Shown here: positions 8,642 to 18,496 of the stretch, in pieces
How the letters are laid out: every line of letters begins with the position of its first letter
Position numbering within the stretch: the stretch's first letter is position 1
Origin: Methanocella sp.
GTDB lineage: Archaea; Thermoproteota; Bathyarchaeia; Bathyarchaeales; Bathycorpusculaceae
Reading direction: 5' to 3'
NCBI GenBank assembly: GCA_050261115.1
Contig: JBLNCY010000003.1
Span: 19,673-83,672 of the forward strand
Length of the DNA stretch: 64,000 nt
Made by a program: the position numbers and the translations under genes
The notes under the pieces: model-generated
The model's database searches: none
Told to the model about the DNA's origin: nothing
What the model saw: only the letters and a program-made list of their open reading frames with translations

Positions 8642-9742
8642 TTAGGGTTTGACAAACTGTTTTTTGGTTAGGAATAAGGCTGATGTGTGTAGGGCCAATG
8701 CACTTAGGGCTAGGGCTATGGGTGCTGTTGCGACGACTGTGGCGGTAGTGGGTGACGGTGAGGATTCGGGGCCAATGTATGCTGTTGCTGCAACTGCTCC
8801 TCCGCAGTACCATGTGACTGGTTGGTCGGCTGTAATTCCGCCGCCGATAGAAACATGGTCGATGCCTGCGTTGTGGTCATTTACCAAGCCTGTGGCGTTG
8901 AGGGTTTCTTGATTTTCTAGGTAGAAACGGGCTTCGCCTGTTCCGTTACCCTGAATGGCTTGGAGCTCTACTAGGTACCAGGTGCCTGCTTGAACTGTCT
9001 CAGTTGTGGTTAGGTTGTACATTGTGTGGTTGTCAGCATAGCTGAATCTCCAGTAGCAACTGCCGTTTTGCCGGATGACGCTTAGGCTACAAACCGAGTT
9101 TGCGGGGCTAAATATTTCCTCGATGCCGCTGTTATATATGCCTCCTGCGCCGATAAAGCCGCCATCGGTTGTTGGGAGATTACCAAAATAGACGTACCAT
9201 CGCCAATATATTGAGGTGTAGTTTTTGTCAAGCCACTTGTATAAGTACCCCCAGCTCTGGTTGGTTGCATAGTTGGTTTGGCATTTTAGAAAGTTGTTTT
9301 CTATGCTCAAAACCACGTCACTCGTGTCGGTGTCAGTCCATGCGTTCATATCACCTGATGCAAAGTCGTCGCGGAACACTTCACTCTCATTTTTTGGGTC
9401 AACGGTTGGTAATGGGCTGGGTGACGGAACAGGGGTCGCGGTGGGTGTGGGTGTTACTGTAGGGTTAGGTGTGGAGCTAGATGAGGAAGAAGATGAGGAG
9501 GATGAGCTTGTGGAGGAGCTGGATGACTTGGAGGGTTTGATTGTTGCTTTTGGGGTAGGGGTTGGTTCATCAGTGGGCGTTGGGGTGGGGGTAGCTTCGG
9601 GGGTTGACGTTGGTGTTGGGGAGGGTTCAGTGTTTTGGTATGTTGATAAAAATCCGGCGTTAAAGGTCACAACTGTAACTGCGATTGCAACTAAAAGGAC
9701 TAAGACGCTGGTGAGTGCCAAAAGTTTGCTATTTTTCTGCAT
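8642..9742 (-). CDS. Surface glycoprotein: N-terminal signal/TM, PT/S-rich linker, beta-sandwich (ConA/LamG-like) domain, C-terminal TM anchor
   Basis: PTPT and poly-Ser tracts, FRDDF...GTWYLVEL, many N-x-S/T sequons, hydrophobic C-terminus ending in KK. Confidence 0.75.
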   Translation of the reverse strand: MQKNSKLLALTSVLVLLVAIAVTVVTFNAGFLSTYQNTEPSPTPTSTPEATPTPTPTDEPTPTPKATIKPSKSSSSSTSSSSSSSSSSSSTPNPTVTPTPTATPVPSPSPLPTVDPKNESEVFRDDFASGDMNAWTDTDTSDVVLSIENNFLKCQTNYATNQSWGYLYKWLDKNYTSIYWRWYVYFGNLPTTDGGFIGAGGIYNSGIEEIFSPANSVCSLSVIRQNGSCYWRFSYADNHTMYNLTTTETVQAGTWYLVELQAIQGNGTGEARFYLENQETLNATGLVNDHNAGIDHVSIGGGITADQPVTWYCGGAVAATAYIGPESSPSPTTATVVATAPIALALSALALHTSALFLTKKQFVKP

Positions 9743-9869
9743 AATTGATCTTCCTAAAGGTCGGTTTAGAGGTCTAAAACAAGCCTATGCTTGTTATTAC
9801 AAAAATAGGTTAACGCTTGCTTATTATGTTATGTGATTGCTGCTTGCCTACAGCAAACGCTTGGTCAAC

Positions 9870-10508
9870 TCAAGGTTGGAAGCTAAAGCTTCCGTCCTTA
9901 GGATAATACACTACACCATCACAAACCTCCACCTGCGGGTGTTCTTTGTACTTGCCCCGATATTCCGCTACTATGCCCTCAACCTTTTCGGCGAATTGCT
10001 TGTATTCCTCATCAGGTACGCCCTTCCTTAACTTAAACTCAGCCAGTAGTTCCTCTTTGGAGTGTGTGCCTACCATTTTACGGCGAAGTGCACCCCCAGC
10101 CATTTTGCGGTAACTATAGCCCTCATACAGGAAAGGATCGTCTGCAAAACCCATACCTCGCAAGGCTTCTGCGACAACGCTTGGAAGCACAGTCCAGTCG
10201 GCATAAGCTAAAAACTCGTAAGGTTCAGGCTTATCCTTTTTGCTTTTAGGCTTAGGCGTTCTCCACACCCAAGGCGAATGGTCAGGAAACTCAGAGTCGC
10301 CTTCGGCTTGTTCTGACGGTGGTTCAGCGGTTGATTTTACCATGCCCGGCTGCGGCTCAAAAATATCACCCATACGGAGAAGATACCGCAAAGCAGCCTG
10401 GTCGGGAACCTTTGTGGCTTCAACCATGCCTAACCCGCTTGTTTTCTGTTCCTGCTGTATCCAGCTAAGCGTTGTTTTTGCCCGTTCAGACATTGACTTC
10501 TCAGACAC
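9870..10508 (-). CDS. Hypothetical protein with an MCM-C-terminal-like winged-helix motif
   Basis: GGAGG SD before GTG 10508. LLRMGDIFEPQPGMVK resembles the archaeal MCM WH signature. Confidence 0.6.
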   Translation of the reverse strand: MSEKSMSERAKTTLSWIQQEQKTSGLGMVEATKVPDQAALRYLLRMGDIFEPQPGMVKSTAEPPSEQAEGDSEFPDHSPWVWRTPKPKSKKDKPEPYEFLAYADWTVLPSVVAEALRGMGFADDPFLYEGYSYRKMAGGALRRKMVGTHSKEELLAEFKLRKGVPDEEYKQFAEKVEGIVAEYRGKYKEHPQVEVCDGVVYYPKDGSFSFQP

Positions 10509-10646
10509 TGTTATTCCAGCCTCCGCACAATGAACGTTTAGATTTCCTTTTCGACAAATAAATGAATATTCCCCGCCGGTCCTCCAGCATCCGACCTGTT
10601 GGCTGCAGTCACATAAGACTTAATGCGTTGTCTACCTGTGCTATAG

Positions 10647-11429
10647 GTGCTGATGAGTTTGCATCTGACACCATTAACTAGCGATATTGAGCCACAATTC
10701 TGGGCAACGGTTGAGCGCGATGCGTGTGATTACTACTTTTTCATTTACGATTTGCTCCTTCTTAAAAGTAAAACCGAGATTTTTTTAGCCAAGAAAGGCG
10801 ATGTAGTGGAAGGGCTCATTGTAATCTATGATGGAACTATCGCTCAGTTGCGCGGCAATAGAGACGCAGTGGCGTTTATGCTCAAGGCCTTGTCTCCCAA
10901 GCAGAGAGACGTGCAGGTGCCCTTGGACTGTCGGGATTTGGTAACAGCGCGGTTTCCCTCGGCGGGGATGGTTGCGGATATTACTTTAATGCGGCTTGAT
11001 AAGGGTAACGAGAAATTAATTGTATCCACCGCCCCCGAACCGTTGACGGCAAGTGACGCTGGCGACATAGCCGACTTAATGCATCGTTGCTACCCTGAAA
11101 TGTGGAGCGATATCCAGAAAGAAGCCGTTGAAGGATTGTTTAATATCAAAGAGGCGCTTTGGGTTGGCGTCCGTGAGGGGGGTGTGCTGACGGCGTTTGG
11201 GTATGCCATGCGTACTCCCAACGTTAGCCATGTAACTTGGATATGCACTCGACCAGAACATGAACGTCGGGGGTATGCTACATCGATTGTGTCCTGTTTA
11301 GTAAAGGCTTGTCTTGAGGTTTCAGATACTGCGATAATATATGTTATGAATGACAATGCAGTCGCTGGCCATGTCTATTCACGGGTTGGCTTTGTGCCCT
11401 ACAAGAAGTATGCGTTTGTGCGAACCTAA
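10647..11429 (+). CDS. GNAT family N-acetyltransferase (FR47-like C-terminal domain)
   Basis: ICTRPEHERRGYAT acetyl-CoA motif; N..A...YSRVGF. Confidence 0.85.
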   Translation: MLMSLHLTPLTSDIEPQFWATVERDACDYYFFIYDLLLLKSKTEIFLAKKGDVVEGLIVIYDGTIAQLRGNRDAVAFMLKALSPKQRDVQVPLDCRDLVTARFPSAGMVADITLMRLDKGNEKLIVSTAPEPLTASDAGDIADLMHRCYPEMWSDIQKEAVEGLFNIKEALWVGVREGGVLTAFGYAMRTPNVSHVTWICTRPEHERRGYATSIVSCLVKACLEVSDTAIIYVMNDNAVAGHVYSRVGFVPYKKYAFVRT

Positions 11430-11467
11430 CTCGGAAGCTTTCTGACATCAAAGCAACAGAGGCGCAG

Positions 11468-12145
11468 CTATAGATACATTATTGCTATGTTGCCGTTTCC
11501 GCAGTTTAGTGTCAGAGTCAGATTTCCTTCTCCGCCCAGTGTAGCGCCCTTTAGCCGAGTTGTAGTATCCATGCTTGCATCCAGAGTGACTCCTTGATGG
11601 GAGATTTGTCCGTTTCCGACGCTGGCTGCAACCTGAAACAGGGTACCTGTTGGCAAACCGACTTGGACGTTGCCGTTGAAAGCCATGGCGTTGATTTCTT
11701 TGCTGTTACAGCTGCTTTGAATGTCTATGTTGCCGTTGCTTGTAGTTACTGTCAGGTTGTAGGTGCTGGTGCTTGGGAGGTTAATGATGAGGTTTGCAGT
11801 GAAGTCGCCGTCGTTTATGGATTGTAGGGTGGCTCGGGTAGTTATGGTTGTGGTGTCTTCGGTTTTGGTTTCATTGGTGTAGGTTTTTACTTCGTTAAGG
11901 TAACCGTCGGGGGCTGCTATGTTGTAGATTAATTCGATTTGGCTACTGGTTGTGGGTCTGATTTCTATGTTGCCGTTAAAAATGGCGGCTGTGATTACAA
12001 CATTTTCTTTGGGTGTATAGGTGGTTTTGACTTGCCTTTGGGCCAAAGGCGCTGTTGCATGATACACAAATGCGATTACGCACGCACTCACGATTGCTGT
12101 CACTACGATTAAGGCGTAAATCATGCTTTTGGTTGATCGCTTCAC
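11468..12145 (-). CDS. Membrane-anchored DUF4097/adhesin-like beta-helix protein
   Basis: N-terminal TM and repeated NGNI/NGNV/NGQI motifs. Probable GTG start at 12145 after GGAG; ORF open to 12304. Confidence 0.75.
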   Translation of the reverse strand: MKRSTKSMIYALIVVTAIVSACVIAFVYHATAPLAQRQVKTTYTPKENVVITAAIFNGNIEIRPTTSSQIELIYNIAAPDGYLNEVKTYTNETKTEDTTTITTRATLQSINDGDFTANLIINLPSTSTYNLTVTTSNGNIDIQSSCNSKEINAMAFNGNVQVGLPTGTLFQVAASVGNGQISHQGVTLDASMDTTTRLKGATLGGEGNLTLTLNCGNGNIAIMYL

Positions 12146-12319
12146 GTGGACTCCCCGGGGATTCTTTTTAGCACATGTAGCTTGGCACTTTAAAATATTC
12201 CCTAACCCCCGAAAGATTCCCTTCTGCGGGAAACCAAGAATCAAGCCTCTTTTTTTTATTTCTTTTCTTAGATTATCTTTAACAGCAGGTTCTTCATTTA
12301 CCATTTAGGCTGATCGAGT

Positions 12320-12946
12320 TTGACTGACACCTGGAGAGAACCCTACCACGTTGTAATCGAGATCGAAAATAAAGAATGCAAAATGGTAGAAAAGCTATCG
12401 AATTTGGGGTTCAAGCACCTAAAAGTCGTTGACGTCCGAAGCGCTAAAGCAGGATGCGTTCGTCACCTAATGGATTTGGGCGAAGAACAAGCAAAAAAGG
12501 TACCCAAAGAACTCGCCGCCCCCGGCCATGTAGAGGGCAAATCCGCGGTATGGCTAGAAAGCCAAGGTTGCCGCGCCTGCAACACCATTCTGGGTCATGA
12601 CGCCTTTTTAGTGTCAGGCAAAAGCGTCCAAGACAACATCATCTCTTACAGCTTTATGGTGCCAACCCGCGAGGCATACCGAGGGATAATCACTGACCTA
12701 GAGAAAGCAGGCTACAAAGTTAACGTGCGCAAAGTAGGCAAATTTGAACAACAACTTGACGTCTTGACGGAAAATCAGGAACGCATCTTCTGGTTAGCCT
12801 TAAAAAGCGGCTTTTTTGACTACCCCCGACAGGTGGGCTTAGCAGAGTTAGCCGCGAAACTGGGGATTAGCCCTGCAACGCTTTCAGAGATTATGCGAAG
12901 AGGCACAAGACGGCTACTTGAGCACTACTTTAAACGGGAACTGTGA
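12320..12946 (+). CDS. Bat/HTH_10-family DNA-binding regulator
   Basis: LTENQ...ALKSGFFDYPRQVGLAELAAKLGISPATLSEIMRRG. Confidence 0.9.
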   Translation: MTDTWREPYHVVIEIENKECKMVEKLSNLGFKHLKVVDVRSAKAGCVRHLMDLGEEQAKKVPKELAAPGHVEGKSAVWLESQGCRACNTILGHDAFLVSGKSVQDNIISYSFMVPTREAYRGIITDLEKAGYKVNVRKVGKFEQQLDVLTENQERIFWLALKSGFFDYPRQVGLAELAAKLGISPATLSEIMRRGTRRLLEHYFKREL

Positions 12947-13142
12947 CAAAAGGCAGCTGCATTTAGCGTGTCTTGTGCTTTTGATGTAAAAGTTTGATTA
13001 TTTTACAAATAACTTAATATCTCCCAGTGTCGCATTTACGCCGATATAACGCGAAAAACTAAACCTCGTTTAGTCTGTCTTAAAGTTGGATTATAACCAT
13101 CAGTAAAAGACTAACGTTCTAAAATTCACGGATGAACTTAAC

Positions 13143-14405
13143 TTGAAAATTGAAGTACTCGGCGGAGCCCGAGAAGTAGGCGGCTCCTGTATATCAGTAG
13201 AGTCCGACTCATGCAAGGTTGCCCTAGACTACGGCACCAAGCTAGAAGACGAAGTCCCAAAAAAGCTACCCAAAGACTTCGACGCAGTCATAATTAGCCA
13301 TGCCCACCTTGATCACACGGGCAGCCTTCTTAGTCTATGCAAAAACAACAACCCCACTATCGTGGGTGCAGATATAACCCGCGACGTAACAGTCGACCTC
13401 CTGCACGACATGGTAAAAATTCAAACCGAAAAAGGCAACCTCGAATACAATGAGGGTCATGCAGAAAAAGTTGCAGCCTCATGGTGGAGCAGAGACTCCA
13501 TCGCCCTTCCCGGAATGAGCATTAAACTGCAATCCGCAGGTCACGTCGCTGGAGCAAAAATCACCAGCCTAGAAGCAGAAAAGAAACGCATAGTCTACAC
13601 AGGCGACATCTGCCTCCACGACACCGAAATCTTAAACGGCTGCCGACTGGAAACGCTACCCAAAAAGCCGGATGTGCTAGTCATGGAATCAACCTATGGC
13701 GGAAAAGTGCGGCCGCCAAGAGAGCAACTCGTAGAGGATTTTCTGCATCAAACCTATCTCACAATGAAGCGGGGCGGAAACGTACTGATACCCACTTTCG
13801 CGTTTCACCGCAGTCAAGAAATGGCCAAACGCATTGACACCGCCATTCAAAACGGGTTCCTACCCAAATATCACGTCTACACAATCTCGAACCTTGCGCA
13901 CAGAATAAACAGCTACTTCAACCAACAAAAACAACTCTTCACCAAAGACATCAAACAACAAAAACAACCCTTCACCTACCGACATGTAAAACACCTATAC
14001 CGAACCGCCCAAATAGAATACCCCGCAATCGTAATCTGCACCTCTGGGTTTGGACACGCCGGCGCCTCATTGCGGCTACTAACGGAGTGGGCAGAAGACA
14101 AAGATAACTCAGTTATCCTAACCTCAGGGTATCTGCCACCCGACAGCCCCCTAAAGACCGCCAAGGAAGAGGGCTTCTTTAAAATCGAGGATGGCGGCCA
14201 CTTCGACGTTAACTGTGAAGTAAAACAAATCGAGCTCTCAGGCCACGCCGACCAAAACGAGCTAGTCCGTATAGTTAGCAAGGTTAAGCCTAAGCGCACG
14301 GTGCTTGTTCACGGAGACTTGGAGCAGGCGGAGTTACTTTCGGAGAAGATAGGCGAGATGACTGACGTTAGAATTCCCGAGGCTAATGAAGTCATCGACG
14401 TCTAA
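13143..14405 (+). CDS. Beta-CASP metallo-beta-lactamase ribonuclease (aCPSF2-like)
   Basis: LGGAREVG, SHAHLDH, AGH, YTGD, ESTYG, SGHAD and LVHG motifs. Confidence 0.92.
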   Translation: MKIEVLGGAREVGGSCISVESDSCKVALDYGTKLEDEVPKKLPKDFDAVIISHAHLDHTGSLLSLCKNNNPTIVGADITRDVTVDLLHDMVKIQTEKGNLEYNEGHAEKVAASWWSRDSIALPGMSIKLQSAGHVAGAKITSLEAEKKRIVYTGDICLHDTEILNGCRLETLPKKPDVLVMESTYGGKVRPPREQLVEDFLHQTYLTMKRGGNVLIPTFAFHRSQEMAKRIDTAIQNGFLPKYHVYTISNLAHRINSYFNQQKQLFTKDIKQQKQPFTYRHVKHLYRTAQIEYPAIVICTSGFGHAGASLRLLTEWAEDKDNSVILTSGYLPPDSPLKTAKEEGFFKIEDGGHFDVNCEVKQIELSGHADQNELVRIVSKVKPKRTVLVHGDLEQAELLSEKIGEMTDVRIPEANEVIDV

Positions 14406-14593
14406 CCGCATAACCCAAAAATGAGGACATCGGACGGGCCCGGCAGAGTTTTTGGTTTAGACCTAAATGTAGGACAGGGTGCATGCTGAAGTCAAAATGG
14501 CCGCCGAAGCCTACGCCGATAAATATTAACTGGTTTAAGAGCCCGACGTATGTTGTGAGCCATTAATTGCGTACTTTCTTGTAGCGGCGATGC

Positions 14594-15319
14594 TTATTGC
14601 CGATTGAGCCTGAAGGCTATCATGTCGAGGAAGATTTTTTTGCTGTCTCTTAGCGGGTTAACTTTGGAGCCGCCTCTGTTTTTCTCTACCCAAATGACTG
14701 GCACCTCGGTAACTGGGTAACCGAGCTTTTTGCATTTGACAATCATTTCGGTGTCAAAAAAGTAGCCATCCGACCTAGAGCTGTTAAGTATTGCCTTGGC
14801 GACATCACGGTGCATGGTTTTAAATCCACATTGGTGGTCGCGGATGCCGTCGAGGAATAGGAGTCGAACTAGTACGTTGTAGGTTAAGCTAAATAGGGTT
14901 CTTTTGGTGTGGCGGTATACGACTGAGCCATGGATATGTCTTGAGCCTACGGCCATGCCGCCTTTTGCTTTAACGGTTTCAAGCAGCTTTGGTATGCAGT
15001 TTAGATCAGTTGCTAAGTCTACGTCCATGAATAGGATGATTTTTCCGTTGGCGGCGTTTACTGCATTCTTGATTCCCCTTCCTTTGCCGAGTCTTGTGGG
15101 GGAATGCAGGAGGCGTATGTTGGGGTCGGTTTGCACCATTTTTTGAACTATCTGGGCTGTGCCGTCGTTGCTGCCATCTTCAGAGACGATTATTTCGTAG
15201 CTGCTGGCTAGGGTCTGTACGGTGGCTTGGACTTTGCGTATGCACTGTTCTATCTGTGAAGCCTCGTTGTAGGCTGGTAACAAAATTGAAAGCTCCTTTC
15301 GGGATAGCTGTGGGGGCAT
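14594..15319 (-). CDS. GT2 dolichyl-phosphate hexose synthase-like glycosyltransferase
   Basis: PAYNE, EDGSNDGT, GKG, MDVD, DHQCGFK and FDTE motifs. Confidence 0.9.
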   Translation of the reverse strand: MPPQLSRKELSILLPAYNEASQIEQCIRKVQATVQTLASSYEIIVSEDGSNDGTAQIVQKMVQTDPNIRLLHSPTRLGKGRGIKNAVNAANGKIILFMDVDLATDLNCIPKLLETVKAKGGMAVGSRHIHGSVVYRHTKRTLFSLTYNVLVRLLFLDGIRDHQCGFKTMHRDVAKAILNSSRSDGYFFDTEMIVKCKKLGYPVTEVPVIWVEKNRGGSKVNPLRDSKKIFLDMIAFRLNRQ

Positions 15320-15510
15320 GCAATGTACCTGACCGAGTAGACTTAGAAAAGGTATAACACCTATCCATAAATCACTTCCGTATATCAATTAGAATGTTAC
15401 AAAGATGCTATTTAATCTGATTACAAGCACACCGTCATGCGGTAGCGTAGTGATACAGTTGCCAGTGGATTAAGATAATAAGGTAAAACGCCACAGCATA
15501 TTAGAAAAGC

Positions 15511-16500
15511 ATGCAAACCCCCACCCCGCAAGCCATCTGGAACCTCACAGACAACGAGTTCTCAGCCCTTCTTGAATCAAACCTACTCAAACCCCTAAAC
15601 GGCACTGTAAGGTTCTATGCACCCAGCTTCACATATTACCGATCCCAGCAATTCTGCGCCTCAACCAACGAATTCCCCACCATCTCAGTCACCGGCAACA
15701 ACTGCGCATTGAACTGTCGACACTGCGGGGGATCACTCCTAAAAACGATGCATCCCGCGTCTACCCCCCAAGCGCTTTTTGGGGTTGGTTCAAAGCTTAA
15801 AGCAGAAGGCGCAAAAGGAGTGCTCATAAGCGGCGGATGCCTAAAAGACGGTTCAGTTCCACTTGACGAATTTGCCTCCGCTATAGCGCAGCTCAAGAAT
15901 GATTTGGGCTTGACCGTATTTGTTCACACAGGCATAATTCAGCCCAAAACCGCCTTAGCCCTAAAAGCCGCGGGAATTGATGCTGCTTTGATCGATGTCA
16001 TAGGGTCCCGGCAGACTATAGAGAGTACCTTTAACCTGGATGTCACAGTAGATGATTACAGGCTTTCTCTACGGGCACTCGAAGACGCCGGGGTTCTGGT
16101 GGTTCCGCACGTCATCGTTGGATTAAACGGTGGTAAGCTGGATGGCGAAGCCCAAGCCATTCAAATTATTGCGGAGAACTGCAAGCCCCAAGCGGTCGTT
16201 GTCATCGCATTCATGCCTATCCGCGGTACACAGATGGCTAATGCCCCAGCACCTAAACCTCTTGACATCGCCAGAACCGTTGCTGCTGCCCGTGTTACTT
16301 TTCCAGATACGCCGATACGGTTGGGCTGCATGCGTCCCAAAGGCACCTCCCGCGATGTCGCTGATGTTTTGGCGCTTAAAGCAGGCGTTGACGGCATAGC
16401 TTTCCCTAGCCAGCAAGCGATCGAATACGCTAAACAGGCGAGATACAAAGTGGAGTTCTCTTCTTATTGCTGTGCTGATGTGTCAGGTTGTGCTAAATGA
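15511..16500 (+). CDS. lipS1: Radical SAM protein, archaeal lipoyl synthase subunit LipS1-like
   Basis: CALNCRHC, LISGG, GCMR and C-terminal CC motifs, as I recall for LipS1. Confidence 0.75.
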   Translation: MQTPTPQAIWNLTDNEFSALLESNLLKPLNGTVRFYAPSFTYYRSQQFCASTNEFPTISVTGNNCALNCRHCGGSLLKTMHPASTPQALFGVGSKLKAEGAKGVLISGGCLKDGSVPLDEFASAIAQLKNDLGLTVFVHTGIIQPKTALALKAAGIDAALIDVIGSRQTIESTFNLDVTVDDYRLSLRALEDAGVLVVPHVIVGLNGGKLDGEAQAIQIIAENCKPQAVVVIAFMPIRGTQMANAPAPKPLDIARTVAAARVTFPDTPIRLGCMRPKGTSRDVADVLALKAGVDGIAFPSQQAIEYAKQARYKVEFSSYCCADVSGCAK

Positions 16501-17138
16501 AGATAGAACGCTGCTTGCACAGTAAGACTAACCCTTTCTGAGCGCAGTAGCTTGGTTGAAATCACAATTACCCACGCTGAAATTGCAGCGGCCGAGATTG
16601 CTTCGGGAATAGCCACATTAGGCACATAGCCAACGGTGAACTGTAGTATCCAAGTGGCAGCCGCAATTCCCGCAAGCAAAATTGTGACTGCCGCTATCCG
16701 TCGCATGCCGCCTCGCCAGAACACATAGGTCAAGGTGAAGCCAGCAATCGGGGCTAAGACAAAGAAGGCAACTGACACCAAATAATGTGTCGGGGTATAG
16801 TCTTCGTTAAAGACTCCGATGCAGATGAGGGCTACTGTTGAGGCAGCAAACAAGACTGACCCCGCCTTTCCCAGGGGGCTTTGCTTAGTAAAACGATACA
16901 AGCCTAAAACGGCAAAAAGTAACGCAGAAACCCCAGCGCCTACAAGCCCAACAGTAAACAAGATACTTGTTAGGCCCGGCACGACTCCGAGGTCGCTTAG
17001 GGCGTTGTTTGTCCAGCTAAACGGTGGGTAAGACAGGATCGCGGCGACGATGAAGACCAACGCGATTACGGGTGAGAGATAACCAGCAATGCTCCCTAAA
17101 CGATTGGACTGCAACATAACCCCACTAAAGGTATGCAT
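16464..17138 (-). CDS. DUF998 family membrane protein
   Basis: FSWTNNALSDLG, GVF, H...S..FF motifs; five to six TMs. Confidence 0.8.
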   Translation of the reverse strand: MHTFSGVMLQSNRLGSIAGYLSPVIALVFIVAAILSYPPFSWTNNALSDLGVVPGLTSILFTVGLVGAGVSALLFAVLGLYRFTKQSPLGKAGSVLFAASTVALICIGVFNEDYTPTHYLVSVAFFVLAPIAGFTLTYVFWRGGMRRIAAVTILLAGIAAATWILQFTVGYVPNVAIPEAISAAAISAWVIVISTKLLRSERVSLTVQAAFYLHLAQPDTSAQQ

Positions 17139-17147
17139 GCGGTTGCT

Positions 17148-18284
17148 TTAAGAATTTGCGTTTGCAGGCACAAATCGCCGCAAATTAGCCAATCCACGCA
17201 GCTTCTCACGCTCACCGACCCGCGCCTCTTCAACCGCTTTTTTGAGAATACTGATGGATTCATCCATGGCTTTTCGGTCAACTGGGAAGGGGACGCCGTC
17301 TTTGCCGCCGTATGCGTAGCTAAATTTTACTGGGTCTTCCCAACTGGGCTCTTCACCATAAATCAGTTCCCCGACAAGTGCCAATCCGCGCACCGTAGCA
17401 GGGCCCACTCCCTCAATGGCTAAGAGTTCTTCGTAGTTGTTTGGTTGAAACTCGTAAACTCGATTAAGCGTATTCCAGCTGATGTATCGCGGCATGTTGA
17501 GGCTTGTTTGGGTTAAAATCCAAGGATTTTCAGATTTAGGTAGCCATGTGTATAGTGAGGTTTGGTTTTGGGGGCGACTGGCAGATTGGATGAGTTTCAT
17601 AAGCTTCTTAGGCGGCTCCTTCGATAAGTCCACGGATGCCTTTCGCGAAGCCTCGCTGTCCTTGGCAGCCATGTTTAGAGCTTTGTCTCGTTTGGTGTTG
17701 CATGCAACAGCGTTTTGGGGGTCATCTACGAAGCTGGCGGTTTGATCGCTTAGCCAGTGGTAGCGTCTGGCGCTTCTTAACTCGTCGCTCATGCCCTGTT
17801 GTATAACTGCCCATTTCCCTTTCTCAGTAAGCAGAAAGGCGTGGTGGTAGAGTTGGTAGCCGGTTTGTACTGCGGTGTTATCGACCTTGGCGGTCATTCG
17901 GCTGGCGTAGGTGAGTTCGTCGATTGTCTCCTGTGGGAACCCCCATTTTCCGCTTGCCCATGCGATGTCGGTGGGTGTTTTGCGGCTGGTTTTGCCTTTC
18001 CCGCCGCAGACTACCACGCCATGCTCAAGGGGGTCAAGAACGGACTTAAGCACGCCTGTGACGACTGTGGTAACACCGCTGCTATGCCAATCGTAAGCAA
18101 GCACACAGCCTAACGCTTGGAACCAGTATGGGTCAGAAAGGCGCAAGATAAACTGGGTAGTGCCATACTCGTCGATCATTATGTTGGCTATTTCGCGGGC
18201 TAATCCACACATCCGCCCAGTTAGCCACGAAGGCGCCTTACCGCCATGTAAAGGAAGAGTTGCGGTTCCAGAGCGATACATCAC
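17148..18284 (-). CDS. DUF763 family protein
   Basis: LPLHGGKAP, DWHSSG, AKVD, YHH, RRYHW, GVGP and GGKDGVPFPV motifs. Confidence 0.9.
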   Translation of the reverse strand: MMYRSGTATLPLHGGKAPSWLTGRMCGLAREIANIMIDEYGTTQFILRLSDPYWFQALGCVLAYDWHSSGVTTVVTGVLKSVLDPLEHGVVVCGGKGKTSRKTPTDIAWASGKWGFPQETIDELTYASRMTAKVDNTAVQTGYQLYHHAFLLTEKGKWAVIQQGMSDELRSARRYHWLSDQTASFVDDPQNAVACNTKRDKALNMAAKDSEASRKASVDLSKEPPKKLMKLIQSASRPQNQTSLYTWLPKSENPWILTQTSLNMPRYISWNTLNRVYEFQPNNYEELLAIEGVGPATVRGLALVGELIYGEEPSWEDPVKFSYAYGGKDGVPFPVDRKAMDESISILKKAVEEARVGEREKLRGLANLRRFVPANANS

Positions 18285-18496
18285 AAGTCAATGTGGAATA
18301 GCGAATGTTGGGATTTATGGATTATTGCATCATAAGTGGCAAATTAAAAAAATAGCCGTGTAACAGTCAAAAAGCCTTTCGAATTTACTAAAATTGGAAC
18401 TGTTGGTTGGAATGACTCGATTCAATAAACCCTGATTATTCATAATGCTTATCTTTAGGATGCTCTTCAACAATGCAGAAAACAGGTCTGATTTAC

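Noticed and set aside
9273-9836. 187-aa acidic/Val-Gly ORF
   Set aside because: Antisense shadow of the PT/Ser low-complexity linker.
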